A stretch of DNA of 64,000 nucleotides from Prochlorococcus sp. AG-679-M23 (GTDB lineage: Bacteria > Cyanobacteriota > Cyanobacteriia > PCC-6307 > Cyanobiaceae): the NCBI GenBank assembly GCA_003208875.1, contig QCUR01000005.1, positions 84,434 to 148,433 of the forward strand, given 5' to 3'. Of this stretch, positions 21,339 to 32,076 are shown piece after piece. The position numbers and the translations under genes are program-made. How positions within the stretch are numbered: position 1 is the stretch's first letter; each line of letters opens with the position of its first letter. Below the pieces are notes generated by a model. It saw only the letters and a program-made list of their open reading frames with translations, was not told the DNA's origin and did no database searches.

Positions 21339-22760
21339 ATGGCCAAGTCTCCCCAAGACGTTTTAAGTCAGATTAAGGATGAAGGAATTGAACTCATCGA
21401 TTTAAAATTCACTGACATTCATGGTAAATGGCAACATCTAACCTTGACATCTGACATGATCGAGGAAGAATCATTCACTGAAGGTCTTGCCTTTGATGGA
21501 TCTTCTATAAGAGGTTGGAAAGCGATTAACGCATCTGACATGTCTATGGTTCCAGATTCAAGTACCGCATGGATCGATCCTTTTTATAAACACAAAACAT
21601 TAAGCATGATTTGCTCTATTCAAGAGCCACGAAGTGGAGAACCTTATGATAGGTGCCCAAGATCATTAGCTCAAAAAGCATTAAAATATTTAGATTCAAC
21701 AGGTATAGCAGATACTGCATTTTTTGGACCAGAGCCAGAATTCTTTTTATTCGATGATGTAAGATATGACTCTAAAGAAGGTAGTTGTTTTTATAGTGTA
21801 GATACCATTGAAGCTCCCTGGAATACTGGACGAACAGAAGAAGGTGGCAACTTAGGTTATAAAATTCAATACAAAGAAGGCTATTTCCCAGTAGCTCCTA
21901 ATGACACAGCTCAAGACATAAGGTCTGAAATGTTATTACAAATGGCTGAATTAGGAATTCCTACTGAGAAGCATCATCATGAAGTAGCTGGAGCAGGCCA
22001 ACATGAACTTGGTATAAAATTTGATTCTTTAATTAGCTCCGCTGATAGCGTTATGACATACAAATATGTTGTAAGAAATGTAGCCAAAAAATATGGGAAA
22101 ACAGCTACATTTATGCCTAAACCTGTATTTAATGATAACGGAACAGGTATGCATGTTCATCAGAGTTTATGGAAAAGTGGTCAACCACTATTTTATGGCG
22201 AAGGATCATATGCAAATCTATCTCAAACAGCAAGGTGGTATATCGGAGGTATATTAAAACACGCTCCATCATTCCTTGCATTTACTAATCCAACAACTAA
22301 TAGCTATAAAAGACTAGTTCCGGGTTTTGAAGCTCCTGTAAATCTAGTTTACTCAGAGGGTAATAGATCAGCAGCTGTAAGAATCCCTTTAACTGGACCT
22401 AATCCAAAAGCTAAAAGATTAGAGTTTAGATCAGGTGATGCACTAGCTAACCCTTATTTAGCATTTTCTGTAATGATGCTAGCTGGTATTGATGGTATTA
22501 AGAATCAAATTGATCCTGGTGATGGAGTTGATGTTGACTTATTTGAATTACCAGCAGAGGATTTATCAAAAATAGATACAGTTCCGTCATCTCTAAACGA
22601 TTCATTAAATGCACTTAAAGCAGATAAAGATTATTTATTAGCGGGAGGAGTATTCACAGAAGACTTCATTGATAATTTTATTGATATGAAGTATGAAGAG
22701 GTTCAACAATTAAGGCAGAGGCCCCACCCTCATGAATTTTTTATGTACTATGACGCTTAA
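21339..22760 (+). CDS. glnA: Glutamine synthetase type I
   Basis: [40 protein letters not shown] upstream. Confidence 0.99.
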   Translation: MAKSPQDVLSQIKDEGIELIDLKFTDIHGKWQHLTLTSDMIEEESFTEGLAFDGSSIRGWKAINASDMSMVPDSSTAWIDPFYKHKTLSMICSIQEPRSGEPYDRCPRSLAQKALKYLDSTGIADTAFFGPEPEFFLFDDVRYDSKEGSCFYSVDTIEAPWNTGRTEEGGNLGYKIQYKEGYFPVAPNDTAQDIRSEMLLQMAELGIPTEKHHHEVAGAGQHELGIKFDSLISSADSVMTYKYVVRNVAKKYGKTATFMPKPVFNDNGTGMHVHQSLWKSGQPLFYGEGSYANLSQTARWYIGGILKHAPSFLAFTNPTTNSYKRLVPGFEAPVNLVYSEGNRSAAVRIPLTGPNPKAKRLEFRSGDALANPYLAFSVMMLAGIDGIKNQIDPGDGVDVDLFELPAEDLSKIDTVPSSLNDSLNALKADKDYLLAGGVFTEDFIDNFIDMKYEEVQQLRQRPHPHEFFMYYDA

Positions 22761-22798
22761 GTCAAAGTAGGAATTTTCAAAATTCAAAAAGATCTTTT

Positions 22799-22839
22799 TG
22801 AGAATTATCACAAATAATTCTCAGATTGATTTTTTTTTT
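22799..22839 (+). terminator. Probable glnA intrinsic terminator
   Basis: TGAGAATTAT-CACAA-ATAATTCTCA 10-bp stem, then GATTGA and a T10 run. Confidence 0.55.
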
Positions 22840-22868
22840 GTTGAAATATAGTTAAGTAGTTATAAAAA

Positions 22869-23924
22869 ATGGCAAAAGAACAATTTTCAAAAATTGCATA
22901 TAAAACACTTCAACAAGGAAAAAGTATCGCTGGATTAGCTCATAAAGAATTAAGTACAAGAATCATGAATTTCGTACTACCGGATAATAAGCTTGGTAAT
23001 TTTAAAATAGATAAAAAACTCTTGGTTGATATCCAAAATTCAATGGATCGTCTTAGAGAAGAAGATTGGAATGATGCGGAAAAAAATATATATCCTCAGA
23101 AACTATTATTTGATGAACCTTGGCTAAGATATTTAACCCAATATCCAAAAATATGGCTGGATATGCCAAACACATGGGACCGAAGAAGAAAACAAAATTA
23201 TAAAGATCTTCCTAAAAATATAGAGAATGAAAACTACCCAAAGTATTACTTAAGAAATTTTCACCATCAGACAGATGGTTATCTTTCTGATTTTTCGGCA
23301 AGTATTTATGATTTACAAGTAGAAATTCTTTTTAATGGAAGTGCCGATGCCATGAGAAGAAGAATAATTAAACCCCTTAAGGAAGGATTAAATAATTTTA
23401 GTAATAGAAAAAAAAGTTCATTAAAAATTCTTGATGTTGCTACAGGTTCTGGAAGAACACTTAAACAGTTAAGAGGTGCATTTGCCAAAGAGAAGATTAT
23501 AGGACTTGATTTGTCTGGATCATACTTAAAAGAAGCAAGTAGATTTATTTCAAATTTAGATGGAGATTTAATAGAATTAATTAAAGGTAATGCTGAAAAT
23601 TTACCATTTGAAGATAATAGTATTCAAGGAATTACATGTGTTTATTTATTCCATGAATTACCAAGAACAGTAAGAGAAAATGTCTTAAAAGAATTCTTTA
23701 GAGTACTTGAACCAGATGGAATATTAATTCTTGCTGATTCAATTCAAGAGAATGATTCACCTGATTTTATTCAAATAATGGAAAATTTTTATAAATCATT
23801 CCATGAACCCTTTTATTGTGATTACATCAAAGAAGATATAACATCCAAAATAAAAGATATAGGTTTTAATAACATAAAATCAAATTCATTTTTCATGACT
23901 AAAGTATGGTCTGCTATAAAATGA
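22869..23924 (+). CDS. Class I SAM-dependent methyltransferase
   Basis: ILDVATGSG, GLDLS, FHELP, RVLEPDG. Confidence 0.88.
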   Translation: MAKEQFSKIAYKTLQQGKSIAGLAHKELSTRIMNFVLPDNKLGNFKIDKKLLVDIQNSMDRLREEDWNDAEKNIYPQKLLFDEPWLRYLTQYPKIWLDMPNTWDRRRKQNYKDLPKNIENENYPKYYLRNFHHQTDGYLSDFSASIYDLQVEILFNGSADAMRRRIIKPLKEGLNNFSNRKKSSLKILDVATGSGRTLKQLRGAFAKEKIIGLDLSGSYLKEASRFISNLDGDLIELIKGNAENLPFEDNSIQGITCVYLFHELPRTVRENVLKEFFRVLEPDGILILADSIQENDSPDFIQIMENFYKSFHEPFYCDYIKEDITSKIKDIGFNNIKSNSFFMTKVWSAIK

Positions 23925-23944
23925 AGAAATAATGAATAATTACT

Positions 23945-24199
23945 ATGTATAACTCTGATGAAGATACTATTCAACTTGCCCAAAAACTGAATAATAAGTT
24001 AAAAATTGATCACTTAGATTGGCACAAATTAAAGGGGAAAAAATTAAATAGATCAGCAGAACTTATATCAGCCGCATTATGCCAATTACTAATTTCAGAG
24101 AATGAGGAGGATACTATAAACTATTTGGAAGAAAGTATAAAGTGGTTAAAAGGAATTAATGTAGACAATCCATGTCCAAGTAAACATTCATCTTTTTAA
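23945..24199 (+). CDS. Conserved cyanobacterial hypothetical protein
   Basis: DWHKLK...RSAELISAAL...WLK...PCP pattern. Confidence 0.7.
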   Translation: MYNSDEDTIQLAQKLNNKLKIDHLDWHKLKGKKLNRSAELISAALCQLLISENEEDTINYLEESIKWLKGINVDNPCPSKHSSF

Positions 24200-24631
24200 G
24201 GCTAATTGGAGCCGATTACCCTTATTACTCCATCTAATATCATCAAAACACTCATTTATTATATAAAGACCTCGCCCATTTAATGAAGTAAGTTTTTCAG
24301 GTAATTTATATAATCTTTTTTTTATTTCTAAACCATTACCTTGATCTTGAATTTGCCATACACACCAGTTAGGAGTAATGATTCTTCGAACTCTAATCGA
24401 TTTATTAGGATCTAGTTTATTTCCATGCGTAACCGCATTTATAAGTGCTTCATGTAAACCTAGTTTTATGTTGTAGCTGTATTGAGAAGTATTTAAAGGT
24501 TCTAACAATAAATCAACAAAATCATTTAATTGAAGTGAGGAATTTAATTCAAAATTAGACCAGTTAATTGCTGGTCTATTGAGTAAATCAATAATAAAAT
24601 TTAAAAGAATTTTGCCCTGAAAAAAGGACAT
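24188..24631 (-). CDS. RsbW/SpoIIAB-like anti-sigma factor kinase (HATPase_c)
   Basis: LHEALINAVTHGN, IQDQGNG, GRGLYII. Confidence 0.85.
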   Translation of the reverse strand: MSFFQGKILLNFIIDLLNRPAINWSNFELNSSLQLNDFVDLLLEPLNTSQYSYNIKLGLHEALINAVTHGNKLDPNKSIRVRRIITPNWCVWQIQDQGNGLEIKKRLYKLPEKLTSLNGRGLYIINECFDDIRWSNKGNRLQLALKR

Positions 24632-24680
24632 AACTTTATATCTATATTAAGAATATTTTAACTTACCAAATAGCTATAGA

Positions 24681-25415
24681 TCAAAGAATATTATTATGCC
24701 TCAATGAAATTGCAGGATGTCTGAGAATAGAATCCATAAGTCTTACTCCCCTAAGTTGATTGATTAATGGCATGTGTCCTTCAGGAGCATCTAATGACCA
24801 ACTAAATGAACTTGGATATCTAGTCCAATATCCATCTTTTTTCCATCCTATCTTTGGCCATAACAATTCATATTTTTTTCCAACTGACTTAAGAAGTTTA
24901 GCTTGTATAGAAAAACCAAACCTGCCATTTGAATAAATAGTCCATAATCTATCTATCGTTTGAAGATCAGTGCCTGACATATTATTGACCTCACTATAAA
25001 AAACATAACCACGATTTTCAGCAAGCTTACCAGCTAGTTTTCTTAAATATGAACTAGTCAATCTATCAGCATCCTCAAAGTTTTGTTCTAATAACCTCAA
25101 CTGAAGTTCTTCATAGTTAATATTTTCATCTGAAGAAGTAAAAAACCAATTATTGTATTTTTTATCATTAAAAAAAATTGGTTTATGTTTTTTTAATACT
25201 TGTAGTAACCAACCAGCGGCCCAATCATCTCCTTTTTGATCAAAATCATCAAATATTTTCTTCCCAATCGAAAATATGTTTTCGACATCTGATTCAATAT
25301 CAGATAATAAATTTATTCTTTTCCGTTGATTTGATTTAACAAAAATATTAACTAAATTTAATGTACTCTTATAATGGTCTTCTTGATCTTTGTTTGTCAT
25401 TTCTAAAAAATTCAT
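24681..25415 (-). CDS. gun4: GUN4 porphyrin-binding protein (Ycf53)
   Basis: FEDADRLT, IDRLW..YS.GRFGFSIQ, APEGHMP. Confidence 0.92.
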   Translation of the reverse strand: MNFLEMTNKDQEDHYKSTLNLVNIFVKSNQRKRINLLSDIESDVENIFSIGKKIFDDFDQKGDDWAAGWLLQVLKKHKPIFFNDKKYNNWFFTSSDENINYEELQLRLLEQNFEDADRLTSSYLRKLAGKLAENRGYVFYSEVNNMSGTDLQTIDRLWTIYSNGRFGFSIQAKLLKSVGKKYELLWPKIGWKKDGYWTRYPSSFSWSLDAPEGHMPLINQLRGVRLMDSILRHPAISLRHNNIL

Positions 25416-25434
25416 CTAAATTTTAAAACTATCC

Positions 25435-26487
25435 ATGAACTCCAGAAAAGAAGAACTAGAGAAATTCAGGAAGTTAAAAGGCCCACTTATTGATGTTAGG
25501 AGTCCAGGTGAATATTATAAAGGACATATGCCAAATTCTATAAATATTCCGTTATTTGATAATGAAGAGAGATCAATAGTAGGAACTGTATATAAAAATT
25601 ACGGTAGACAAGAAGCAGTAATAAAAGGTTTGGAATTTTTATCCATAAAAATTGAAAATATTATTAATAAGTTATTTGAAGTTATAAATGATCATCAATT
25701 GACAAGTGATAATTCACAATTTAGTGAACCCACTTTAAAAATCTACTGTGCCAGGGGTGGAATGAGATCTCAAAGTATATGCTGGCTTTTAGAAAAATAC
25801 AATCATAAAAGTGTTACTTTAAAAAATGGCTATAAAAGCTACAGAAAATGGACATTAGATAGCTTTAATAAAAAATGGAAAATAGTTGTTATGGGAGGAA
25901 AAACTGGAACTGGTAAAACTAAAATATTAAAATTACTTCGTGATAATAATTATCAGATCATTGATTTAGAGGGGTTAGCTAGCCATAGAGGAAGTACTTT
26001 TGGCGGACTAGGTATGAAAGCACAACCTTCAAATGAACAATTTGAAAATACCATCGCAGAGGAATTAAAAGGTTTTATAAAAAATAAGAAAATATTCGTG
26101 GAAGCGGAGAGTGCGAATATTGGAAAATGTAAAATACCTCATGAGTTTTTTAGTCAAATGAAAACAGCAGATAGAATTGAAATAATAAAAAGTGAATCAA
26201 ATCGTTTAGAGGAATTAATTAAAACATATAGTATTTTTGAAGAAAAAGATCTTATAGAAGCTGTTTTAAGAATAAAAAAAAGATTAGGTCCACAAAGAAC
26301 AACAATTGCAATCGAGTCAATTAAAAATAAAGATTGGAAATCGGTTTGTAAGTCTGTTTTAGAATATTATGATAAGTGCTATGACTATGAAAAAACAGGG
26401 GCAAATAATATTAAAACAATAGATATGACAGATATCTTTGACGATCAAACAACATTGAGATTAATAAAGGAATATATGAAATCATAA
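25435..26487 (+). CDS. mnmH: tRNA 2-selenouridine synthase
   Basis: Rhodanese DVRSP..YCARGGMRS; GKTGTGKT; DLEGLASHRGS.FG. Confidence 0.93.
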   Translation: MNSRKEELEKFRKLKGPLIDVRSPGEYYKGHMPNSINIPLFDNEERSIVGTVYKNYGRQEAVIKGLEFLSIKIENIINKLFEVINDHQLTSDNSQFSEPTLKIYCARGGMRSQSICWLLEKYNHKSVTLKNGYKSYRKWTLDSFNKKWKIVVMGGKTGTGKTKILKLLRDNNYQIIDLEGLASHRGSTFGGLGMKAQPSNEQFENTIAEELKGFIKNKKIFVEAESANIGKCKIPHEFFSQMKTADRIEIIKSESNRLEELIKTYSIFEEKDLIEAVLRIKKRLGPQRTTIAIESIKNKDWKSVCKSVLEYYDKCYDYEKTGANNIKTIDMTDIFDDQTTLRLIKEYMKS

Positions 26488-26543
26488 ATTTTAACGAAAT
26501 ATGCTTTTATTATCTACAATATAAAATTAACTTTTAAATTATT

Positions 26544-26897
26544 ATGGCAGAAAATAACATAGCAAAAATTCAATTTTATGAAGGAACTGATGAACCAGTT
26601 GTTCCAGAAATTAGATTAACAAGAGGTAATGATGGTACTACTGGACAAGCAATATTTATATTTGAAAAACCTCAAGCATTATCTTCAATTGCAGATGGTG
26701 AAATTACAGGAATGAGAATGATTGATGCCGAAGGAGAAATTTTAACCAGAGAAGTTAAAGTCAAATTTGTTGATGGTGAACCAATGTTTTTAGAGGGAAC
26801 CTATATATGGAAAACCAAATCTGATTTTGATAGATTTATGAGGTTTGCTAATAGTTATGCCAAATCAAATGGATTAGGATACTCTGAGAAGAAGTAA
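26544..26897 (+). CDS. psb28: Photosystem II assembly factor Psb28
   Basis: [15 protein letters not shown]...DRFMRF..YA..NGLG. Confidence 0.95.
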   Translation: MAENNIAKIQFYEGTDEPVVPEIRLTRGNDGTTGQAIFIFEKPQALSSIADGEITGMRMIDAEGEILTREVKVKFVDGEPMFLEGTYIWKTKSDFDRFMRFANSYAKSNGLGYSEKK

Positions 26898-26911
26898 ATA
26901 GATTATGAAAA

Positions 26912-27955
26912 TTGAATCGTTCCTTCTATTTTAAATTTTCTGTTGTAATAATAAGCTTTTTAATAGTATGGACCTTGAGGGATTTCATTCTTTTAATAAT
27001 TTGTTCATTAGTAATATCAAATGTAGTTAGTAATTTATGTAATCAAATACAAACCATTTTAAAATTACCAAGATTTGTATCCTTATTGATTGTTCTAGTA
27101 GGAATATCATTCATGATATTTGCTATTTCTATCATTGTATTACCCCCATTCATAAGAGAATTTAATGAAATATTAATAGATATTCCAAATGGATTATCAA
27201 GAGTTAATGAATTGGTCAACTCTAACCTAAATAAATTTAACGATCTACTTTATGGTAAAGAATCTGAGAGGATAGTAAACATTTTCGACCTTATTAATGA
27301 TGTAGTTCCAATTCCAGATGGCGCTACTATTGCCAAAGCAATTCAAGAAAGTTTTATAAATATAATTAATTTAGCTGGAAACCTCGGATCTGGATTTATA
27401 AGAGTAATCTTTGTATTAGTTGTAAGTTTTATGATATCCATTGAACCGAAAGCTTATAAAGAGGGAGTACTCTTTATAGTTCCTAAAGTTTATCGAAATA
27501 AATTCAGGATTATATTAGATAAGTGTAATATCGCATTAACAAATTGGACTTTTTCTATAGTGATAAGTTCAATATCAGTAGGTTTATTATCTTTAATAGT
27601 TTTATCAATTTTAGATGTTAAATATGTAGTTTCAAATGCAATTATAGCAATGATCTTAAACATAATTCCCAACATAGGACCAGTTTTAAGTGGAATATTT
27701 CCTATCTCAATCGCACTTTTAGATAACTTTTGGAAACCAGTAGCTGTTTTTGGGGCTTATATCATAATTCAAAATATAGAGAGTTATATAATAATGCCCT
27801 CTATTTTGAAGAAGAAAACAAATTTACTTCCAGGATTAACATTAATATCTCAATTTGGATTTACTTTCATCTTTGGTCCTTTAGGATTAGTATTATCCTT
27901 GCCAATTGTAGTAGTAACACAAGTATTAATTAAAGAGCTAATTAATGATAATTAA
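26912..27955 (+). CDS. AI-2E family transporter
   Basis: Multiple hydrophobic segments; IPNIGP, QNIESYIIMP, FGPLGLVLSLP. Confidence 0.88.
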   Translation: MNRSFYFKFSVVIISFLIVWTLRDFILLIICSLVISNVVSNLCNQIQTILKLPRFVSLLIVLVGISFMIFAISIIVLPPFIREFNEILIDIPNGLSRVNELVNSNLNKFNDLLYGKESERIVNIFDLINDVVPIPDGATIAKAIQESFINIINLAGNLGSGFIRVIFVLVVSFMISIEPKAYKEGVLFIVPKVYRNKFRIILDKCNIALTNWTFSIVISSISVGLLSLIVLSILDVKYVVSNAIIAMILNIIPNIGPVLSGIFPISIALLDNFWKPVAVFGAYIIIQNIESYIIMPSILKKKTNLLPGLTLISQFGFTFIFGPLGLVLSLPIVVVTQVLIKELINDN

Positions 27956-27961
27956 AGACTT

Positions 27962-28144
27962 TTATTTAGTTAATTTCCTATACAAATATGGATAAGAAAA
28001 AAGTATAAAGAAGGAAAGAGGATGTTTAGAGAACGCAAAATATAAGGAATTAAATGTAAAATGATCTATTAGTATTCTTAATTCTGTAGATAAATCAATT
28101 AACACTAAAGAAAATAGAAGAATTAAATAGTAATTTATTTTCAT
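27962..28144 (-). CDS. Small hypothetical membrane protein
   Basis: 60-aa ORF filling the gap after secF; ELRILIDHFT..SL..A...HPL. Confidence 0.65.
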   Translation of the reverse strand: MKINYYLILLFSLVLIDLSTELRILIDHFTFNSLYFAFSKHPLSFFILFSYPYLYRKLTK

Positions 28145-28161
28145 TAAATTACTCCCTTAGT

Positions 28162-29079
28162 TTAATCTTTAATTAGAAATGAAGGTGCTAGTAATATACT
28201 TGAATAACTACCTATTAAAATTCCTAGAGTCAAAGATACAGAAAACCAAAATAGCGAATATGAACCAAAAATTATTAGTGTTAGTAGAGGTATTAATGTT
28301 GTAATACTAGTAAAAAATGTTCTTCGAAAGGATTCATTAACAGAGATTTGGATTATTTTATTATAGTTATCTGAATCTTTCTTTAAATTTTCTCTAATCC
28401 TATCGAAGATTACGACTGTATCATTTACTGAATAGCCAGCAATAGTTAATAAAGAAACGGCAAACAAACTATTAACCTCAATAGACAATAGGACACCTAA
28501 CCAAGAAAAAATTCCAAAAACAATAAATAAATCATGGAATAAAGCTAATAAAGCAAACAAAGCATATTTCTTATCAAATCGAATAGAGATGTATAAAGAT
28601 ATTGCAAATAAAGAAACTAATAAGGAGGTGGCACAATTTGTAAGAAGTTTTTTGCCAAGTTTTGGACCTATTATTCTAGAGTTTTTACTATCATAATTTA
28701 AAGGACCTAAAATTTTATCAACATTAGAAATCAAATCATTTGATTCTTCAATAGTTAAATAAGGTGTCCTAATAGAAATTAAACTATTATTATTTTGTAT
28801 TTGTAATTTAATATTGTTTAGAAGATTTTTATTATTTGAAAAAGTTCTTAGTTTATTAATAACTAAATCAGGGGAAATAATTTCACATTCTTCTTTACAA
28901 CTCCTCTCAATTCTTAATTCATTCCCACCAATAAAGTCCATTCCAAGATTAATAGGTTTTTTGAATGAAGTGTTAAAAGTTGAATATAAGATTCCTATTA
29001 AACTTAACAATATAAGAAAAGATGAAAATCCAAATATTTTATTTTTATTTTTAATTAAATTAAAACTAAATGATGTCAT
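28162..29079 (-). CDS. secF: Protein translocase subunit SecF
   Basis: LGMDFIGG, GYSVNDTVVIFDRIREN. Confidence 0.96.
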   Translation of the reverse strand: MTSFSFNLIKNKNKIFGFSSFLILLSLIGILYSTFNTSFKKPINLGMDFIGGNELRIERSCKEECEIISPDLVINKLRTFSNNKNLLNNIKLQIQNNNSLISIRTPYLTIEESNDLISNVDKILGPLNYDSKNSRIIGPKLGKKLLTNCATSLLVSLFAISLYISIRFDKKYALFALLALFHDLFIVFGIFSWLGVLLSIEVNSLFAVSLLTIAGYSVNDTVVIFDRIRENLKKDSDNYNKIIQISVNESFRRTFFTSITTLIPLLTLIIFGSYSLFWFSVSLTLGILIGSYSSILLAPSFLIKD

Positions 29080-29104
29080 AAACTAGATAATTAATAAATG
29101 AAAA

Positions 29105-30565
29105 TTAGAGGGGATTAGATTTACTTAAATAAAGATTTTTTTGTCTTAAAGATTGATAAGTAGTTAAAAATCTTAAAATAGTTTTGGAACAATTTAAAGA
29201 TGTAAATAAACTTATAACAACTCCTAGACCAAGAGTTGCAGCAAAGCCCTTTACAAAATTAGTTCCTAATAAAAACAACACAAAACAACTTACAAAGGTT
29301 GTAATATGTCCATCGATAATAGACGAATTAGCTCTTTGAAACCCACTATCAATTGATCTTATAAGAGTATTTCCATTTATAAGTTCCTCTCTAATTCTCT
29401 CAAAAATTAAAACATTTGCATCCACAGCCATACCAATACTTAAAATCAATCCAGCAATTCCAGGTAAAGTTAATGTCACTGGTATTAAAGAATAAAGAGC
29501 TAAGTTAAAAAAACCATAAAAAATCAAGGAAATAACAGAAACAAAACCTAGAATTCTATAGTTAAAGATCATAAATATTCCAACAAATATCAATCCACAA
29601 ATAGCAGCATAAAGACTCTTAACAATATTTTTTGAACCAAGTAAAGGACCAATAGTATTAGTTTCAACAATTTCAATAGGTAAAGGTAAGGAACCACCCT
29701 TAAGTTGAACTTCTAATTCTCTGGCGTTTTCAGCTGAAAAATTTCCACTTATCGTTGCTGATCCCCCAGTAATACCAGTATTTATGAATTGGCTACCAAC
29801 ACTAGCTTCACTAATAGATTCTCCATCAAGAACAATAGACAAAAGTTTATCCGTGCCTGCAATAGATTTTGTAATTTCAGCAAATTTTTCACCACCATCA
29901 TTACTAAAGGATAATGAGACCTCCCAATTATTATTAGTTTGCTCTTGCCTTCTACCTGCATTTATTAAATCCTTACCTGATAAGTCAGTTTTATTGAATA
30001 GATTAGCAATTTCATTACTTATATATTTTTTAGTTTCGACCAATCTCTCAAATAATTGTTGATTATTAGAAGAATAATTTATATCATTTTCAATTTTAGT
30101 AAGATTGTCCATAAGAAGTAAAGACTTCTCTTCGTTTCGTTTATCACCAATTTTGAATTGTTCAATTAAATCATTAAGTTTAAATCTCTGCAATTGTAGA
30201 TTTTTTAATTGAGAACTTGTATTTTCTTTTTGAGTTCTAAATTCTAATAAAGCAGTTTTACCTAATATCCTTGAGGCAGACAAAGGGTTTTGTTCCCCTG
30301 GTAACTCCAAAATTAATTGGTCACGTCCTAATGTTTGTAAGTTAGACTCTGCTACTCCTAAATTATTCACACGTTTATCTAAAACTGCATTGACAGCATC
30401 TAATTCTTCTTTTGAAACTTTCCCCTCTTCTTTAATCAATTGAAGAGTTAGTTGAGAACCTCCTTTTAAATCAAGGCCTAATTGTAGTGGGAAATTAATT
30501 AATAAATAAATAGAAAAAGTCAGTAGAAAAATAATAAAAAAAAGCCAACCTTGCCTTCTTTTCAT
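29105..30565 (-). CDS. secD: Protein translocase subunit SecD
   Basis: LGLDLKGG, GSLPLP, GMAVDANVLIFERIREE. Confidence 0.96.
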   Translation of the reverse strand: MKRRQGWLFFIIFLLTFSIYLLINFPLQLGLDLKGGSQLTLQLIKEEGKVSKEELDAVNAVLDKRVNNLGVAESNLQTLGRDQLILELPGEQNPLSASRILGKTALLEFRTQKENTSSQLKNLQLQRFKLNDLIEQFKIGDKRNEEKSLLLMDNLTKIENDINYSSNNQQLFERLVETKKYISNEIANLFNKTDLSGKDLINAGRRQEQTNNNWEVSLSFSNDGGEKFAEITKSIAGTDKLLSIVLDGESISEASVGSQFINTGITGGSATISGNFSAENARELEVQLKGGSLPLPIEIVETNTIGPLLGSKNIVKSLYAAICGLIFVGIFMIFNYRILGFVSVISLIFYGFFNLALYSLIPVTLTLPGIAGLILSIGMAVDANVLIFERIREELINGNTLIRSIDSGFQRANSSIIDGHITTFVSCFVLFLLGTNFVKGFAATLGLGVVISLFTSLNCSKTILRFLTTYQSLRQKNLYLSKSNPL

Positions 30566-30568
30566 TTC

Positions 30569-31552
30569 TTAAATACTCCCGTTGATTACTTCTTCGACTT
30601 TTTCGACTATTTGATGTGGTTGAATTATTGTTAAATTTTCTAAATTTCCATTATAAGGAGTAGGAATATCCTGACTAGATAATCTTATAGGTCTAGTATC
30701 AAGATCATCAAAACACTCTTCGGTAATCAAAGCAATTAATTCTGCTCCAATACCTCCAGTCTTCATACATTCCTCAACAATAATCACATTATTAGTTTTT
30801 TTGATTGATTTTGAAATTGTTTTCATATCAAAAGGTTTTAAACTAATCAGATCAATTAATTCCACGTCAATATTTTTCTTATCTAATTCCTCAATAGCCT
30901 TTAAACAATGATGTCTCATTCTTGAATAAGTTAATATAGTAATATCTTTTCCCTCCTTGACTAAATCAGCTTGATCTAAAGAACATATAAAATCTCCATC
31001 AGGCAATTCCTCAGATAAATTATATAGAAGGACATGTTCAAAAAATAGAACTGGGTTATTGTCCCTTATAGCAGCTTTCATTAATCCCTTTGCATTAGTA
31101 GGAGTGCTGCAAGCAACAATCTTAATCCCAGGAACAGCGTGAAAGTAAGCCTCTAATCTTTGACTATGTTCAGCACCTAGTTGTCTACCTACACCGCCAG
31201 GACCGCGAACAACTGCGGGTATTTTATAGTTACCACCACTTGTATACCTGAGCATACCCATATTGTTGGAAATCTGATTAAAGGCTAATAATAAAAATCC
31301 CATATTCATACCTTCAACTATCGGTCTTAATCCTGTCATAGCGGCACCAACAGCCATACCAGTAAAACTATTTTCGGCAATTGGAGTATCTAAAACTCTT
31401 AATTCTCCATATTTTTCATATAGATCCTTAGTGACCTTATAAGAACCACCATATTGACCTACGTCTTCTCCCATAATGCAAACGTTTACATCATTTGCCA
31501 TCTCTTCATCAATTGCTTCTTTCAAAGCATTAAATAATAAAGTACTAGCCAC
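30569..31552 (-). CDS. pdhB: Pyruvate dehydrogenase E1 beta subunit
   Basis: GEDVG.YGG, DTPIAE, GAEHSQ; GTG start. Confidence 0.97.
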   Translation of the reverse strand: MASTLLFNALKEAIDEEMANDVNVCIMGEDVGQYGGSYKVTKDLYEKYGELRVLDTPIAENSFTGMAVGAAMTGLRPIVEGMNMGFLLLAFNQISNNMGMLRYTSGGNYKIPAVVRGPGGVGRQLGAEHSQRLEAYFHAVPGIKIVACSTPTNAKGLMKAAIRDNNPVLFFEHVLLYNLSEELPDGDFICSLDQADLVKEGKDITILTYSRMRHHCLKAIEELDKKNIDVELIDLISLKPFDMKTISKSIKKTNNVIIVEECMKTGGIGAELIALITEECFDDLDTRPIRLSSQDIPTPYNGNLENLTIIQPHQIVEKVEEVINGSI

Positions 31553-31603
31553 GAGTAATTTCCTAATTAACCATATATATAAATTTATACCATCAAGGTT
31601 GAA

Positions 31604-31699
31604 TTAGCCTCCTTCGGCAAAAGTTATGAGTAGTAATATTGACAAAATCATACCTGGAGAAAGCAAAAGTATTAAAAGGCCTAAGTCATGTAAAGACAT
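31604..31699 (-). CDS. 31-aa single-TM microprotein (not in ORF track)
   Basis: Manual translation MSLHDLGLLILLLSPGMILSILLLITFAEGG*; co-oriented with both neighbours. Confidence 0.65.
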   Translation of the reverse strand: MSLHDLGLLILLLSPGMILSILLLITFAEGG

Positions 31700-31735
31700 T
31701 AAAAAATAATAGTATTATTTAATAATATTAGGATT

Positions 31736-32053
31736 TCAATTTTTTTTAATCAAAAAACTTCGAATAAATACAATAAAAAGACCTAATCCTATAAACGCAA
31801 AAGAAAAAGTTAATAAGAAGGACAATCCAATAATTAATGTATTAATACTAGAAGATATACTTTGAACAATTTCAGATGAGTTAGATGGTTTATGGAGTGA
31901 AAAGTAAATTGCAATTTTATTACTTATAAAATAAGAAAATATACAAAGGAGGAAACTTGTTAATGAACCAGTTAAAAAACTTAGGGGACCTTTTTTAGGG
32001 GTATTTTGAGTTTCAATATTTACTTTATTAATTGATGATTGTTCATTATTCAT
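31736..32053 (-). CDS. DUF3082-like membrane protein
   Basis: KKGPLSFLTGS...TLIIGL.FL.TF.F..IGLGL. Confidence 0.75.
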   Translation of the reverse strand: MNNEQSSINKVNIETQNTPKKGPLSFLTGSLTSFLLCIFSYFISNKIAIYFSLHKPSNSSEIVQSISSSINTLIIGLSFLLTFSFAFIGLGLFIVFIRSFLIKKN

Positions 32054-32076
32054 TTTTAATAGAAAAAATTTTTTTT

